Assembly: GCF_006345805.1 (NCBI RefSeq)
Contig: NC_043015.1
Location: 44,950,001-45,014,000, forward strand
Reading direction: 5' to 3'
Origin: Octopus sinensis
Taxonomy: Eukaryota
DNA: 64,000 bases
Part shown: positions 37,416-50,102 of the stretch, piece by piece
Layout of the letters: the number at the start of each line of letters is the position of its first letter
How positions within the stretch are numbered: position 1 is the stretch's first letter
Made by a program: the position numbers and the translations under genes
The notes under the pieces: model-generated
Seen by the model: the letters and a program-made list of their open reading frames with translations, nothing else
The model's database searches: none
What the model was told of the DNA's origin: nothing

Positions 37416-38033
37416 ACTGCAGAGGAGGAGGAGGAGGAGGAGAGGAAGAAGGGGGGAAGAGGACGAGGGGAGGGTGAAGTGGACGGTGGGAGGGGAAGAT
37501 GGGGGAAGAGGACGTGGCGGAGGGGGAAGGAAGAGAGAGAAGAGGAGGGAGGGAAAGAGGAGAGGGGAGGGAAAGAGGAGAGGGGAGGGAAAGAGGAGAG
37601 GGGAGGGAAAGAGGAAAAGGAGGAAGAGGGAGAAGAGGAAAAGGAGGAAGAGGGAGAGGGGGAGGGGAGGGAAAGAGGAAAAGGAGGAGGAAGAGGGAGA
37701 AGAGCAGGAGGGGGGGGGAGGAAAACCTAATAATCCATGGTAGAAGAAAGAATAGGTAAGAAACAAATATTCTCAAAGTCAAATGCCATGCTGAAAGACA
37801 AGAAAGATTCTCAAACAATAAGAATACACAGAAACAGTTAAAAGTCTTGCAAACATTTTACAGAATAAAATATAGAAGTGGACATTCAATTCACAGGCAA
37901 CAGTCTCTTTAAAAGCTTTTGCTTTGTTCAAGACACAAAGCTCCTTTCAAGGAGAGGCAAACTATGAGACATCTTGGCACTGAATATGACTGACAAAATC
38001 ACTTTCTCTCTCCTCATAAAAATAAAGAGAAAC

Positions 38034-38133
38034 NNNNNNNNNNNNNNNNNNNNNNNNNNNNNNNNNNNNNNNNNNNNNNNNNNNNNNNNNNNNNNNNNNN
38101 NNNNNNNNNNNNNNNNNNNNNNNNNNNNNNNNN
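38034..38133. other. Assembly gap (100 N) flanked by two near-identical copies of a GA-rich segment
   Basis: About 37463-38033 recurs at about 38134-38704. Confidence 0.95.
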
Positions 38134-38652
38134 ACGAGGGGAGGGTGAAGTGGACGGTGGGAGGGAAGATGGGGGAGAGGACGTGGCGGAGGGGGAAGGA
38201 AGAGAGAGAAGAGGAGGGGAGGGCAAGAGGAGAGGGGAGGGAAAGAGGAGAGGGGAGGAAAAAGAGAGGGATGGAGGGAAAGAGGCAAAGGAGGAAGAGG
38301 AGAAGAGGAAAAGGAGGAAGAGGGAGGAGGGGGAGGGAGGGAAAGAGGAAAGGAGAGGAGGAAGAGGGAGAAGAGCAGGAGGAGGGGGGGGAGGAAACCT
38401 AATAATCCATGGTAGAAGAAAGAATAGGTAAGAAACAAATATTCTCAAAGTCAAAATGCCATGCTGAAAGACAAGAAAATTCTCAAACAATAAGAATACA
38501 CAGAAACAGTTAAAAGTCTTGCAAACATTTTACAGAATAAAATATAGAAGTGGACATTCAATTCACAGGCAACAGTCTCTTTAAAAGCTTTTGCTTTGTT
38601 CAAGACACAAAGCTCCTTTCAAGGAGAGGCAAACTATGAGACATCTTGGCAC

Positions 38653-38737
38653 TGAATATGACTGACAAAATCACTTTCTCTCTCCTCATAAAAATAAAGA
38701 GAAATACACTTTCCCATACAAACAGAGAAGGAGAGCA

Positions 38738-38770
<33 letters not shown>

Positions 38771-38876
38771 GAGAGAACAAGCAAAAACATTAAAACTTCT
38801 GATGTCCAAATAAGTCTTCGTCCCTGATTTGGTGTGAAGACTTATTTGGACATCAGAAGTTTTAATGTTTTTGCTT

Positions 38877-38951
<75 letters not shown>

Positions 38952-39034
38952 CTCTCCTTCTCTGTTTGTATGGGAAAGTGTATTTCTCTTTATTTTTATG
39001 AGGAGAGAGAAAGTGATTTTGTCAGTCATATTCA
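38653..39034. repeat. Long near-perfect inverted repeat with a 16-nt spacer
   Basis: Arms 38653-38819 and 38836-39034 are reverse complements apart from (GA)n length. Confidence 0.92.
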
Positions 39035-39090
39035 ATTAATAAATTGTACAGGTCTCTCCCTCTTTCAGTCCTTATGTGTTATATTTCTTA

Positions 39091-40030
39091 TTTCTTTACT
39101 GCCCACAAGGGACTAAACACAAAGGGGACAAACCAGGGCAGACAAAGGGATTAAGTCGATTACATCGACCCCAGTGCGTAACTGGTACTTAATTTATTGT
39201 CCCCCGAAAGGATGAAAGGCAAAGTTGACCTCGGTGGAATTTGAACTCAGAACGTAACGGCAGATGAAATACCTATTTCTTTACTACCCACAAGGGGCTA
39301 ATCATAGAAGGAACAAACAAGGACAGACAAAGGGATTAAGTCGATTACATCGACCCCAGTGCGTAACTGCTACTTAATTTATTGTTCCTAAAAGCATGAA
39401 AGTCAAAGTCGACCTCGGCGGAATTTGAACTCAGGACGTAACGGCAGATGAAATACCGTTAAGCATTTCGCCCGCTGTGCTAACAGTTCTCATTTCTTTA
39501 TTGCCCACAAGGGGCTAAACATAGAGGGGACAAAGGGATTAAGTCAATTACATTGACCTCAGTGCGTAACTGGTACTTAATTTATCGACCCCGAAAGGAT
39601 GAAAGGCAAAGTTAACCTCGGCAGAATTTGAACTCAGAACGTAACGGCAGATGAAATACCGTTAAGCATTTCGCCCGCTGTGCTAACAGTTCTCATTTCT
39701 TTATTGCCCACAAGGGGCTAAACATAGAGGGGACAAAGGGATTAAGTCAATTACATTGACCTCAGTGCGTAACTGGTACTTAATTTATCGACCCCGAAAG
39801 GATGAAAGGCAAAGTTAACCTCGGCAGAATTTGAACTCAGAACGTAACGGCAGACGAAATACCTATTTCTTTACTGCCCACAAGGGGCTGAACACAGAAG
39901 GGTCAAACACGGACAGACAAGGGGATTAAATCGATTACATCGACCCCAGTGCGTAACTGGTACTTATTTAATCGACCCCGAAAGGATGAAAGGCAAAGTC
40001 GACCTCGGCGGAATTTGAACTAAGAACGTA
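39091..40030 (-). repeat. Tandem array of five SINE-B units
   Basis: Unit boundaries near 39091, 39276, 39492, 39695 and 39866. Confidence 0.88.
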
Positions 40031-40031
40031 T

Positions 40032-40183
40032 GGTGTTAGGAAGGGCACCCAGCTGTAGAAATCATGCCAAATCAGAAAAGCCGGGTGTAGTCCCTCAGCT
40101 CACCAGCCCTGGTCAAACCATCCAACCCATGCCAGCATGGAAAACAGACGTTAACTTATGATGATGATGATGATGATGATGAT
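40032..40183 (+). mobile_element. SINE-C 3' part
   Basis: Family match with a (GAT)n tail. Confidence 0.8.
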
Positions 40184-40417
40184 GTGTGTCTGTGTGTTTG
40201 TCCCCACTACTACTTAACAACCAGTGTTGGTTTGTTATGTTCCCATAACTCAGCAGTTCAGCAAAAGAGATTGATAAAACAAATACCAGGCTTTAAAAAA
40301 AAAGAGTTTGGGGTTGATTTGATTGACTAAATCCCTTAAAGTAGTGTCTCAGCATGACCACAGTCAAATGACTGAAACAAGTAAAAGATAAAAGAATGAA
40401 TGGATCTAGTCAGATAT

Positions 40418-40580
40418 AGGCATAGGAGTGGCTGTGTGGTAAGTAGGTTGCTTACCAACCACATGGTTCCCGGTTCAGTCCCACTGTGTGGCACCTTGGG
40501 TAAGTGTCTTCTACTATAGCTTCGGGCTGACCAAAGCCTTGTGAGTGGATTTGGTAAACGGAAACTGAAAGAAGCCCATC

Positions 40581-40640
<60 letters not shown>

Positions 40641-40840
40641 GTCTGTGTTTGTTCCCCCAACATCGCTTGACATCCGATACTGGTGTGTTTACGTCCCCGT
40701 CACTTAGCAGTTCGGCAAAAGAGACTGATAGAATAAGTACTAGGTTTACAAAGAATAAGTCCCGGGATCGATTCGCTCGACTAAAGGCGGTGCTCCAGCA
40801 TGGCCACAGTCACGTGACTGAAACAAATAAACAAGTAAAA
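40418..40840 (+). mobile_element. SINE-A, preceded by a degenerate 3' half at about 40185-40400
   Basis: Family match. Confidence 0.9.
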
Positions 40841-41427
40841 GAGAGAGAGAGAGAGAAATGCTCTATCCTGCTCCCTTTAAAAAAAATTACCGTAATAATA
40901 AAGACTGTACAACTAGGAAATGCTCGAGGATAAATAGATAGACAACACACAAAGCCTTAAGCAAGAACAATTAGGAATTCAGTCTATTAGCAACACAACA
41001 AAACAGAAAAAAAGGATACAAACTTTTAAGAAAACACATACATTCGTGCACACATCCATGCATATAAGGATACATCCATGCACAAACATATCGACGTAAA
41101 TGGATTTTCTATCAGTTTTGACAAGTGGCTCAATCAAGTGAACCATTTACTTATTGCACAATGTGTAAGGGTCTGTGTTTTTCATGAATACACATCAGGG
41201 TGTGATGTGTATATTCCGGGTGTGGTAGGTGTGTGTACTGCACACCCATTGAAAATGGTAAATTCATTATAAATACAAGCCTTAGTCGTTAATTCAAACA
41301 CAAATCATAATGGAAAACTTTTGTTATAGCCCTGCTTGAAATTTGGTGACATTGGGTGTCCTGAAATAACACTGCACACCTCACAGTTTGTATGCCCAAT
41401 TTGAGTAATACTAATTTTAATCATAGT

Positions 41428-41597
41428 AGGCGTAGGAGTGGCTGTGTGATAAGTAGCTTGCTTACTAACCACATGGTTCCGTGTTCAGTCCCACTGCGTG
41501 GCACCTTGAGCAAGTGTCTTCTACTATAGCCTCGGGCTGACCAATGCCTAGTGAGTGGATTTGGTAGACGGAAACTGAAAGAAGCCTGTTGTATATA

Positions 41598-41640
<43 letters not shown>

Positions 41641-41852
41641 ATGTTTGTGTGTCTGTGTTTGACCCCCCACCCCAACATCGCTTGACAACCAATGCTGATG
41701 TGTTTACGTCCCCGTAACTTAGCAGTTCGGCAAAAGACACCAATAGAATAAGTACTAGGCTTACAAAGAATAAGTCCTGGGGTCGATTTGTTCGACTAAA
41801 GGCGGTGCTCCAGCATGGCCACAGTCAAATGACTGAAACAAGTAAAAGAGTA
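41428..41852 (+). mobile_element. SINE-A
   Basis: Family match. Confidence 0.9.
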
Positions 41853-42088
41853 ATGGTCAGTGTGGCAGCACATCCAATGACAACAACCATCATATGCCCC
41901 TGGAACACATGTACCCTTAACGTAATCCTTAGGCAGATTCGATAGGACAAGACTGGCCCTTTGAATTGCAAGTATGGGCCATGCAAAAAGACACCTAAAC
42001 ACAGGCACATGTAGACACACAAGATACAACAATGATAAACATCAAAATAATAAAGAAATTACAGAATACAAAACTTTTTAATGTTTAC

Positions 42089-42151
42089 CTGGCTAAACCT
42101 TATGTCTGAATTAACATTAACTGGCTGTTCTGCATCTGTATAAGGTGATCG
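42089..42151 (-). CDS. 63-nt coding exon (RSPYTDAEQPVNVNSDIRFSQ)
   Basis: Acceptor ctgctttttcag| and donor CAG|gtaaac. Phase 0-0 and open. Confidence 0.72.
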
Positions 42152-42323
42152 CTGAAAAAGCAGGGTGTTGGAGACAAAGGTGGGTATATGAATTTTTTTT
42201 TAGAAAAAGGAAGAAAATGTCGTGACAGCTAATGACCAAAACAAAAAATGGTTAAATCTATGTCTTTTACAAGCCACAACATTCTACAAGACTGGCATAT
42301 ACTCCCATTTTACCAAACATTAA

Positions 42324-42544
42324 CCCTTTTGTTACCAACCCGGCTGAAACCGGCTCTGGCTTTGAGTACTAATGTCTTTTTTTCATAAGGTTTGAATTAA
42401 AATCTTCCACCAAACCTTAGTGACAATTTATGTTCCTAGCACTTAGCTTAATGATAACCAAGTAATTTTACTAAATTCTTTGTTATATTTAGAGTGATTG
42501 AAAGAAACACAGAGCATCTCAAAATAAATACTGTAACGAAAGGG
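42324..42544. mobile_element. piggyBac-type MITE with TTAA TSD; partial copy at about 55715-55889
   Basis: TTAA|CCCTTTTGTTAC ... GTAACGAAAGGG|TTAA. Confidence 0.88.
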
Positions 42545-42741
42545 TTAAGCAGTATGATACTTAATACTCCTCTTGGAAAGAATACAGATTTATGCAAGTA
42601 ACTTTTTCCTTGGTAGGAATTGAGCCTAGCATTACAAGCTACCAATATAATCATCAATTCTACATCACTGCTTCTGCTCACAGCAGTGAATTATACACCT
42701 CTGGCAAGATTTGGACCATCAATTCCTCAGATAGTTATTTT

Positions 42742-43650
42742 GTATCTGTGGAATTCTGGTTTAGGCACTTCATATAACTCCTCCATAACTTTTTTATATT
42801 TTGGGTAATTTTCAAAAAATCTTTGCAAATTTGTGTCCTACACATGGGAATTCACAGGATGATGAAAAAAAGCATTTTTAACCCTACCCACCAAAGCCTA
42901 AAACTACCATTAAAATATGGACATTCCAAATTTTTGGCTTAAATCCCAGTAACGGATCACCTTTGGATGTATCATCATTCCAATAAACATGTTTTTGGGG
43001 AAAAAATATTCAAAAACATCAATATATATAGGTGCAGGAGTGGCTGTGTGGTGAGTAGCTTGCTAACCAACCACATGGTTCCGGGTTCAGTCCCACTGCG
43101 TGGCATCTTGGACAAGTGTCTTCTACTATAGCCTCGGGCTGACCGAAGCCTTGTGAGTGGATTTGGTAGACAGAAACTGAAAGAAGCCCGTCGTATATAT
43201 GTATATATATATATATGTGCGTGTGTGTTTGTCCCCCTAGCATTGCTTGACAACCGATGCTGGTGTGTTTACATCCCCGTCACTTAGCTGTTCGGCAAAA
43301 GAGACCGATAGAATAAGTACTGGGCTTACAAAGAATAAGTCCTGGGGTCAATTTACTCGACTAAAGGCGGTGCTCCAGCATGGCCGCAGTCAAATGACTG
43401 AAACAAGTAAAAGACAAAGAGAGAGAAATATGCCAGAGTGACAAAGAAAAGAGGAAGGTATCAAATGGTCATGGGATATGCTAAAAACAGGGTAAATCGC
43501 CCTTAAATCACACACATTTTTTTTTTTGCATCATTGTATGAATTCCCATGTGTAGAACACAGATTTGCAAACATTTTCTGAAAATTCCAAAACGTAAAAA
43601 TGTTATGAGAGGTTTATATGATATACTTAAACCAGAATTCTGTCCATGTA
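42742..43650. mobile_element. Old long-TIR element with about 130-bp diverged arms and a SINE-A inside
   Basis: 42742-42870 is a diverged reverse complement of about 43520-43650 (shared ttgcaaat.tgtgt.ctacacatgggaattca). Confidence 0.6.
43030..43415 (+). mobile_element. SINE-A
   Basis: Family match. Confidence 0.9.
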
Positions 43651-43765
43651 TCTTATTTACTCAATAATTTATTCTCTCTTGGTCTTTTTTATTTGAGGTT
43701 TTAATCTTCTACTCTACAGTAATACTGAATATCAAATGTTGAAATATTAAGATGACTTGCTATAT

Positions 43766-43811
<46 letters not shown>

Positions 43812-44534
43812 CACACACAACACCCTAACAAATATTAATCACACACATATACACACACCATCCTACCAAATATAAAACACACACAGACCCATATACACAC
43901 ACCACAATAAACTCTAGGACCAATCAAAAATGGCCCACACACACACATAGAGATGTGCACAGAGACACACACACTCACACCATTCTGACCTCTCAGACCA
44001 GTCCCAAAAACCACTGAACCATGGCAGACTAGCCTAGAAACAATAAAATCCTTTTAATTCCACATTGCTCTTCCTTCCCCCCATCCCAACCAACCTCCCA
44101 CACTGTCCCTTAAAATAGCAAACATTCATTAGCTACACACAAGACAGAAAAAATGTCAAAAAGACAGGTCGGTTCCTCTCCAATTTTTTGTAAATTCTTA
44201 AATATATCTCCCTCAGTGTATATATATACTACCAAACAAACATGATTTTTATTGAACTCCTAATACTTTTTGTTGAATACTTTCTTAACCCTTTCATTAC
44301 TAACCTGGCCATAGCTGGCCGAGAGCACCTATTGTTATTTAAATGTAAATTTGAACCCAAATCTTGTTGGTACATTCATTAAAACACATGATTTCACTTT
44401 GCTAACAGTTAAGTTATTGTATCTGACATTGTTTGGCATGATATTTGAACTCAATGAATTTTGGAAGATTTTTTTTCTACATTTTTTGGGGTGTTAATTT
44501 TTTTCTAGCTTTGAAAATGTAGAGGAGTTTCATG

Positions 44535-46196
44535 CTATCAAGCAGTGATTCCGAATTTGAAGGATTTTCAACAGAAGATATGGAGATATTGAGGAAAAGA
44601 ATGAATGAGGTGCAAAAGCACATGGTGGACGAAAATGAATTTGATATTTCTGTATCCAAAACCAGAAGCGAAAATCGAAGAAACTAAAAGCAGTGACATA
44701 GATAGCAAGGATGATTTTACACCAGAATGGAGTAAAAAGTTTTTAAAAAGTTTTTATTAACAATTTTGCTGAGGAGACAGGGTTTACCCATAGTCTTTCT
44801 CAGGAAGCAAAACCATTAGACTGTTTCTTTATATTTTTTCCATCATGCCTGTTTGAAGCAATCACTGCGGAAACAAACCATTACACAGAATGTAAACAAG
44901 CTGGAAAACAAGACAGCTTGTGGTTTCCTACAACTGTAGATGAAATACGGGCATTTTTGGCCATAAATATTATTATGGGTATTAGACAGTTACCCAGAAT
45001 TACAAATTACTGGAGCAATAAGGAACCTTTTGGCGATCAGTATGTTTCCAGTATTATGACCCGAATACAATTTGTGAAACTGAACCAATATTTACATGTG
45101 AGAGACACTAGCAGTGCCCTAGTTTATGGAGAAGCAAACTTTGATCCCTTATTCAAAATAAGACCCCTCATTGACTGCGTTCAAAATGCATATAAAACAT
45201 TTTACAACTCTGGGAGATACTTATCCATTGATGAGGGAACGGTGGGGGTATAAAGGAAGGGTACGCGTCCGACAGTATATGCCAGGAAAGCCCATAAAAT
45301 GGGGGATCAAAGTTTGGAAAATTTGTGAAGCAAATACTGGGTACTGCTGTGGATTTAGCTTCTATACAGGGAAAGAAATAATAATGTTAGTCAGCACGGC
45401 CTAAGGTACGATGTGGTCTGGAATTTATCTCTTCCATACCATAACCAGGGCCGAATATTATGTTTTGACCAATTTTTTTAGTTCGGTCAAACTTGCGGAG
45501 GATTTAGAAGCTGTGGCAACATATACGTTTTCTACAGTAATTGCTAGTAGAAAAGGGCTGCCGTTGGATATAAAAAAAGCAAAATTTAAAAAAAGTGGTG
45601 AAATAATCCAACGGCAGAGAAGAAATCTGCTAGCGACTGCATACAGGGATAAAAGGCAGATAAATTTTCTATCTACCAGTGCACAACCATGTGTAGATGA
45701 AAATGGCACCCCGTTTGTGAACCTGGATTATAACAGGTACATGGGTGGTGTGGATCGGCTGAACCAGATGAGGAGTTATTATCCGGTTGGGAGACCAGGT
45801 AATAAATGCTGGCGATACCTGGTTTGGTATATAGTAAACATGAGCATTGTAAATGCATTTATATTATATACCAAATCAGGAGGGGTTTGCAAGTGGTGCG
45901 ACCATCTGCAGTTCTGAGCAAATGTAGCAGCGCAGTTGAGGGCAGGTTATTCCTCCAAAAAAATAACTGCAGGAAGGAAAAGCAAAGCCTGCCAAAGTGA
46001 TATTCCTCTGAGTTCAGCCGAACTACATAAATTAGAAAAAATCGGGGGTCGCAAAAGGCAGTGCCGTGAATGTCTACATCAACAAAGAAAAACTCCCAGC
46101 GAATGGCCAGTAGAAATGTCTTTCCGATGTGCATTCTACAAGGGTGCAGTATGTAGAGTGGTTTGGTTTATAAATTTCCATGATAGAAATATTGTG
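44535..46196 (+). pseudogene. piggyBac (PGBD4-like) transposase, near full length, inactivated by frameshifts and stops; antisense in the HECT gene intron
   Basis: Motifs are WFPTTVDEIRAFLAINIIMG, DPLFKIRPL, LSIDEG, YMPGKPIKWGIKVW, CFDQFF, YNRYMGGVDRLNQ and a C-terminal Cys-rich KRQCREC. They are spread over several frames. Confidence 0.92.
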
Positions 46197-46269
46197 TGAA
46201 TATTGTTTGTATATATGTATAATTAGATTGTATAAATATTTTTCAAATTTACTTAGTTTAACTTTTTAT

Positions 46270-46460
46270 TTTAATTTACCTGAAATTTTTAATTTACCTG
46301 TAATTTTAATTTGCCTGTAATTTTAATTTGCCTGTAATTTTAATTTACCTGTAATTTTAATTTACCTGTAATTTTAATTTACCTGTAATTTTAATTGACC
46401 GGTAATTTTAATTTACCTGTAATTTTAATTTACCTGTGATTTTAATTAACCTGTAATTTA
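46270..46460. repeat. 17-bp minisatellite (TTTTAATTTACCTGTAA), about 11 copies, 3' of the piggyBac ORF
   Basis: Tandem units read directly from the sequence. Confidence 0.9.
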
Positions 46461-47407
46461 TCTACCATCTTTCCAACAACAACTTTGGGCACCTTTACGA
46501 ATTCCAAATGTTAAACACTCATGGACATGCTTACAAAATCAAAAAACACCCATGACAGCACCCATGACATTTGGAAATATCTTTTCCACTTTCAGAGTTA
46601 CTGAAGCACAGGATAAACTACCAGCATCAGTTGTTAGCTGTCAGGAAAACTACATCCTTCAAAAACTTCCATCCACCTTGAAATTAGCTTGCTGTAAATT
46701 CCAAGGCTGTCATTATTGCTGTTGTTGTCTATAAAAAGTCAATGAAGTTTGTCTTTATGTATGATAATAAAATATACTGTTAAATGTTTGTGGGTGTTTG
46801 TTCAGTTACTTCTTCAGGCAGCCCAAGAAACATATTTTCATTCATTAACACTCAACAGCTACCACAGCAACCAACAACAACAACAACACACACGACAAAC
46901 TGCCACATATACTCATGGATAGGTTGCACTTTTTTTTTTACCAAAAATTTCAATAAAAATCAGCGATGCAACCTATTGACTTGACATCACAGGGATCTGA
47001 AGTAGACAGCACCATATCAGTAGTCTTTTGTAACATTTTCCCTGTTCTCTTTGTAATTCTAGACGTTTTTCTTGAGTTAATTTATCAATTAGACTTACTT
47101 TCATAAAGTGATTTCCACAAAAATGTTTTAATTTTTATAAGCAAAGTTTTGAAATAAAAGTGAATATTTGATAATAGTTAACAAATATTAGTTACAAACA
47201 AAGCGCCCCACCGTCCAATGGACGGTGCTGAGTTGTCAAACATTTAAACCAAATTTTCTCAAAACAACTTGTCCAACCATCCCTTTGAGAAACACTGATT
47301 TAACCTAAATTTGAGACACTAGCAAAAGAAGAAATATAGATAGATTTTTTTTTCTATTCCAAAGAAAAACGATTTTATTCACACAAATATGTAACCGAAG
47401 AGTTTAA

Positions 47408-47626
47408 CCTTTTAGTATTTAAACCGATCATATCCGGCCAAAATATTTAATCTGTTTTATGTTCAAACTGACCAGATCCAGGCTCTCACACCTACCCTAC
47501 AATGTTATTCTACATTAAGTAATTACACCATCAAGATCTTGAAGATATGAGATAATGCATGATTAATTCAAATCAATGTGAATCAATAAGCATTATGTTT
47601 GGTTGAATAATCTGAACACTAAAGAG
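47408..47626. mobile_element. Second TTAA-type MITE; relatives at about 10210-10410, 19495-19640 and 56500-56720
   Basis: TTAA|CCTTTTAG ... CTAAAGAG|TTAA, with a shared body among copies. Confidence 0.75.
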
Positions 47627-47897
47627 TTAAAGTACCAGTAATAATAAGGCTGTTGACTGGGAGAACAGCTTTATCGATCGCATTCTCACCTGGAATCGAT
47701 TTTTGTCATTTTTTCAAGATTTATACACGCCCTGATACCATCAGTATCTATATATCAAATTTGAGTGCAATTGGATGGAGGATGCCCGAGATCCTAGAAC
47801 ACACACACACACACACACACACAGACAGAACGGATTTTATATAATAGATATTCACATTTTAAAGGGTCATGTAACTCTCCAGATTATATAGTGTGAC

Positions 47898-47936
47898 CTG
47901 TCTGCAAGTTAACTGCAAATCCCTATTTTGACAATC
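47898..47936 (-). CDS. Possible 39-nt coding exon (DCQNRDLQLTCRQ)
   Basis: Good acceptor cctttattttag|, phase 0-0 and open. The donor CAG|gtcaca is weak. Confidence 0.4.
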
Positions 47937-48080
47937 CTAAAATAAAGGTACAATCTATCCATGAATATATACAGTAAATAAACTGCATTTAACATACACA
48001 CACACACACACACACACAATTTATAATCTGACATAAATCTAAAAATACATGTAAACGAAAAAATTTTTGTATATTCTTAC

Positions 48081-48316
48081 ACTGAACGGTATTATGATAA
48101 TGGTTCCTTGATATTTTGTGTCTTTGATAGCTCGTGGAGTGCGGTCGGAGAGTTGTATGAGATTTCTCTGTCTATCCACTCGGTAAAGTTCAAACCTTTT
48201 ACCTTCAAGTACAGGATAGATACTGGTGAGGTACTGGAGGAAGCGGTCTTCTTTTTGTTTAAGGCACAGGTAAGTTTTTCTGGGAACTCCATTTATATAA
48301 TCTTGGCTAGGAAACC
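48081..48316 (-). CDS. Coding exon (GFPSQDYINGVPRK...YPVLEGKRFELYRVDRQRNLIQL...GTIIIIPFS), ubiquitin-like/PB1-like segment typical of G2E3-like HECT proteins
   Basis: Acceptor ttcttttgttttcag|, phase 1, matching the previous exon. Donor AGT|gtaaga, phase 0. The L..YP.L.G..FEL pattern is as I recall from invertebrate and fish G2E3-like proteins. Confidence 0.88.
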
Positions 48317-48464
48317 CTGAAAACAAAAGAATTATAAAATTATCTGCTAATAGTAAAACATTTAACATCATATAATCATATAGTGTCCATTTTCCATACT
48401 GGCATGGGTTAGATAATTTGACTAGAACTGGTAAACCAAAGAGCTCTCTTTCTCTTGTATTCTC

Positions 48465-48673
48465 TCTCTTTTACTTGTTTCAGTCATTTTGACTGTGGCC
48501 ATGCTGGAGCACTGCCTTTAGTCGAGCAAATCGACCCCGGGACTTATTCTTTGTAAGCCCAGTACTTATTCTATCGGTCTCTTTTGCCAAACCGCTAGGT
48601 GACGGGGACGTAAACATACCAGCATCGGTTGTCAAGCAATGCTAGGGGGACAAACACAGACACACAAACACAT

Positions 48674-48722
<49 letters not shown>

Positions 48723-48895
48723 CATATATACGACAGACTTCTTTCAGTTTCCGTCTACCAAATCCACTCACAAGGCATTGGTCGGCCCGGGGCTATAGCA
48801 GAAGACACTTGCCCAAGATGCCATGCAGTGGGACTGAACCCGGAACCATGTGGTTGGTTAGCAAGCTACTTACCAGACAGCCACTCCTGCACCTA
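48465..48895 (-). mobile_element. SINE-A
   Basis: Family match. Confidence 0.9.
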
Positions 48896-49116
48896 TAGCT
48901 GCATCAGACTCCAGTCTGTTTTGGTTTGGTTTCTAACGCCAACCGCTCCACAGAGTGTACCAGCTGCCTTTTACGTGTCACGAGCACTAGACATGACTAT
49001 GATTTCACTACGCTTGATGTGTCTTCTCCAGCAAATTGCCAATGGTCTCAGTCACTTATCATCTCTGTGAGACTCAACATCTGAAGATCATGGTTCACCA
49101 CCTCATCCCTCATAAT

Positions 49117-49400
49117 ATCATCATCATCATCGCTTAGCGTCCGCTTTCCATGCTAGCATGGGTTGGACGGTTCAACTGGGGTCTGGGAACCAGAAGGCTG
49201 CACCAGGCCCAGTCTGATCTGGCAATGCTTCTACGGCTGGATGCCCTTCCTAACGCCAACCACTCCATGAGTGTAGTGGGTGCTTTTTACGTGCCACCGG
49301 CACAGATGCCAGACGAGGCTGGCAAACAGCCACGATCGGATGGTGCTTTTTACGTGCCACCGGCACAGAAGCCAGTCGGGGCGGCGCTGGCAACGGCTGG
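49117..49400 (-). mobile_element. SINE-C
   Basis: Family match. Confidence 0.85.
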
Positions 49401-49467
49401 TTCTCTTAAAAAATAATATATAAATATATCAATAAAAAATAATATATAAATATATTATTAAAATGTA

Positions 49468-49772
49468 AAGGTGCAATGGCCCAGTGGTTAGGACAGCGGA
49501 CTCGCGGTCGGAGGATCGCGGTTTCGATTCCCAGACCAGACATTGTGTGTGTTTATTGAGCAAAAACACCTAAAAGCTCCACGAGGCTTCGGCAGGGGGG
49601 GGGGGGGTGGCAACCCCTGTTGTACTCTTTCGCCACAACTTTCTCTCACTCTCTCTTCTTGTTTCTTGAGGAACGCTGCAATGAACTGGCATCCCGTCCA
49701 GCTGGGGGGAACACATATGCCACAGAAACTGGGAAACCGGGCCCATGAGCCTGGCTAGGCTTGAAAAGGGCA
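49468..49772 (+). mobile_element. SINE-D
   Basis: Family match. Confidence 0.85.
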
Positions 49773-49874
49773 AACAAAAAGAAATATTATTAAAATAACA
49801 TATAATATATAAATATATCAATAAAAAATTATATATAAATATATTATTAAAATAATATATAAATATATTATTAT

Positions 49875-50085
49875 TACTGGCACATGAAAAAACATTCGAG
49901 CGAGGACGTCGCCAGTGCCGCTGGACTGGCTCCTGTGCAGGTGGCACGTAAAAAACACCATTTGAGCATGGCCGTTGCCAGTACCGCCTGTGCTGGTGGC
50001 ACATAAAAGCACCCATTACACTCTCGGAGTGGTTGGCATTAGGAAGGGCATCCAGCTGTAGAAACTCCGCCAGATCAATATTGGA
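49875..50085 (+). mobile_element. SINE-C, tail missing
   Basis: Family match. Confidence 0.8.
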
Positions 50086-50102
50086 TCAATGAACAACATA
50101 TC

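Noticed and set aside
37463-38704. About 570-bp direct duplication around the N gap, and its Glu/Arg/Gly-rich ORFs
   Set aside because: The second copy starts exactly at the gap edge and the differences are concentrated in low-complexity runs. An unmerged contig overlap is the most likely cause. The ORFs reflect GA-rich composition.
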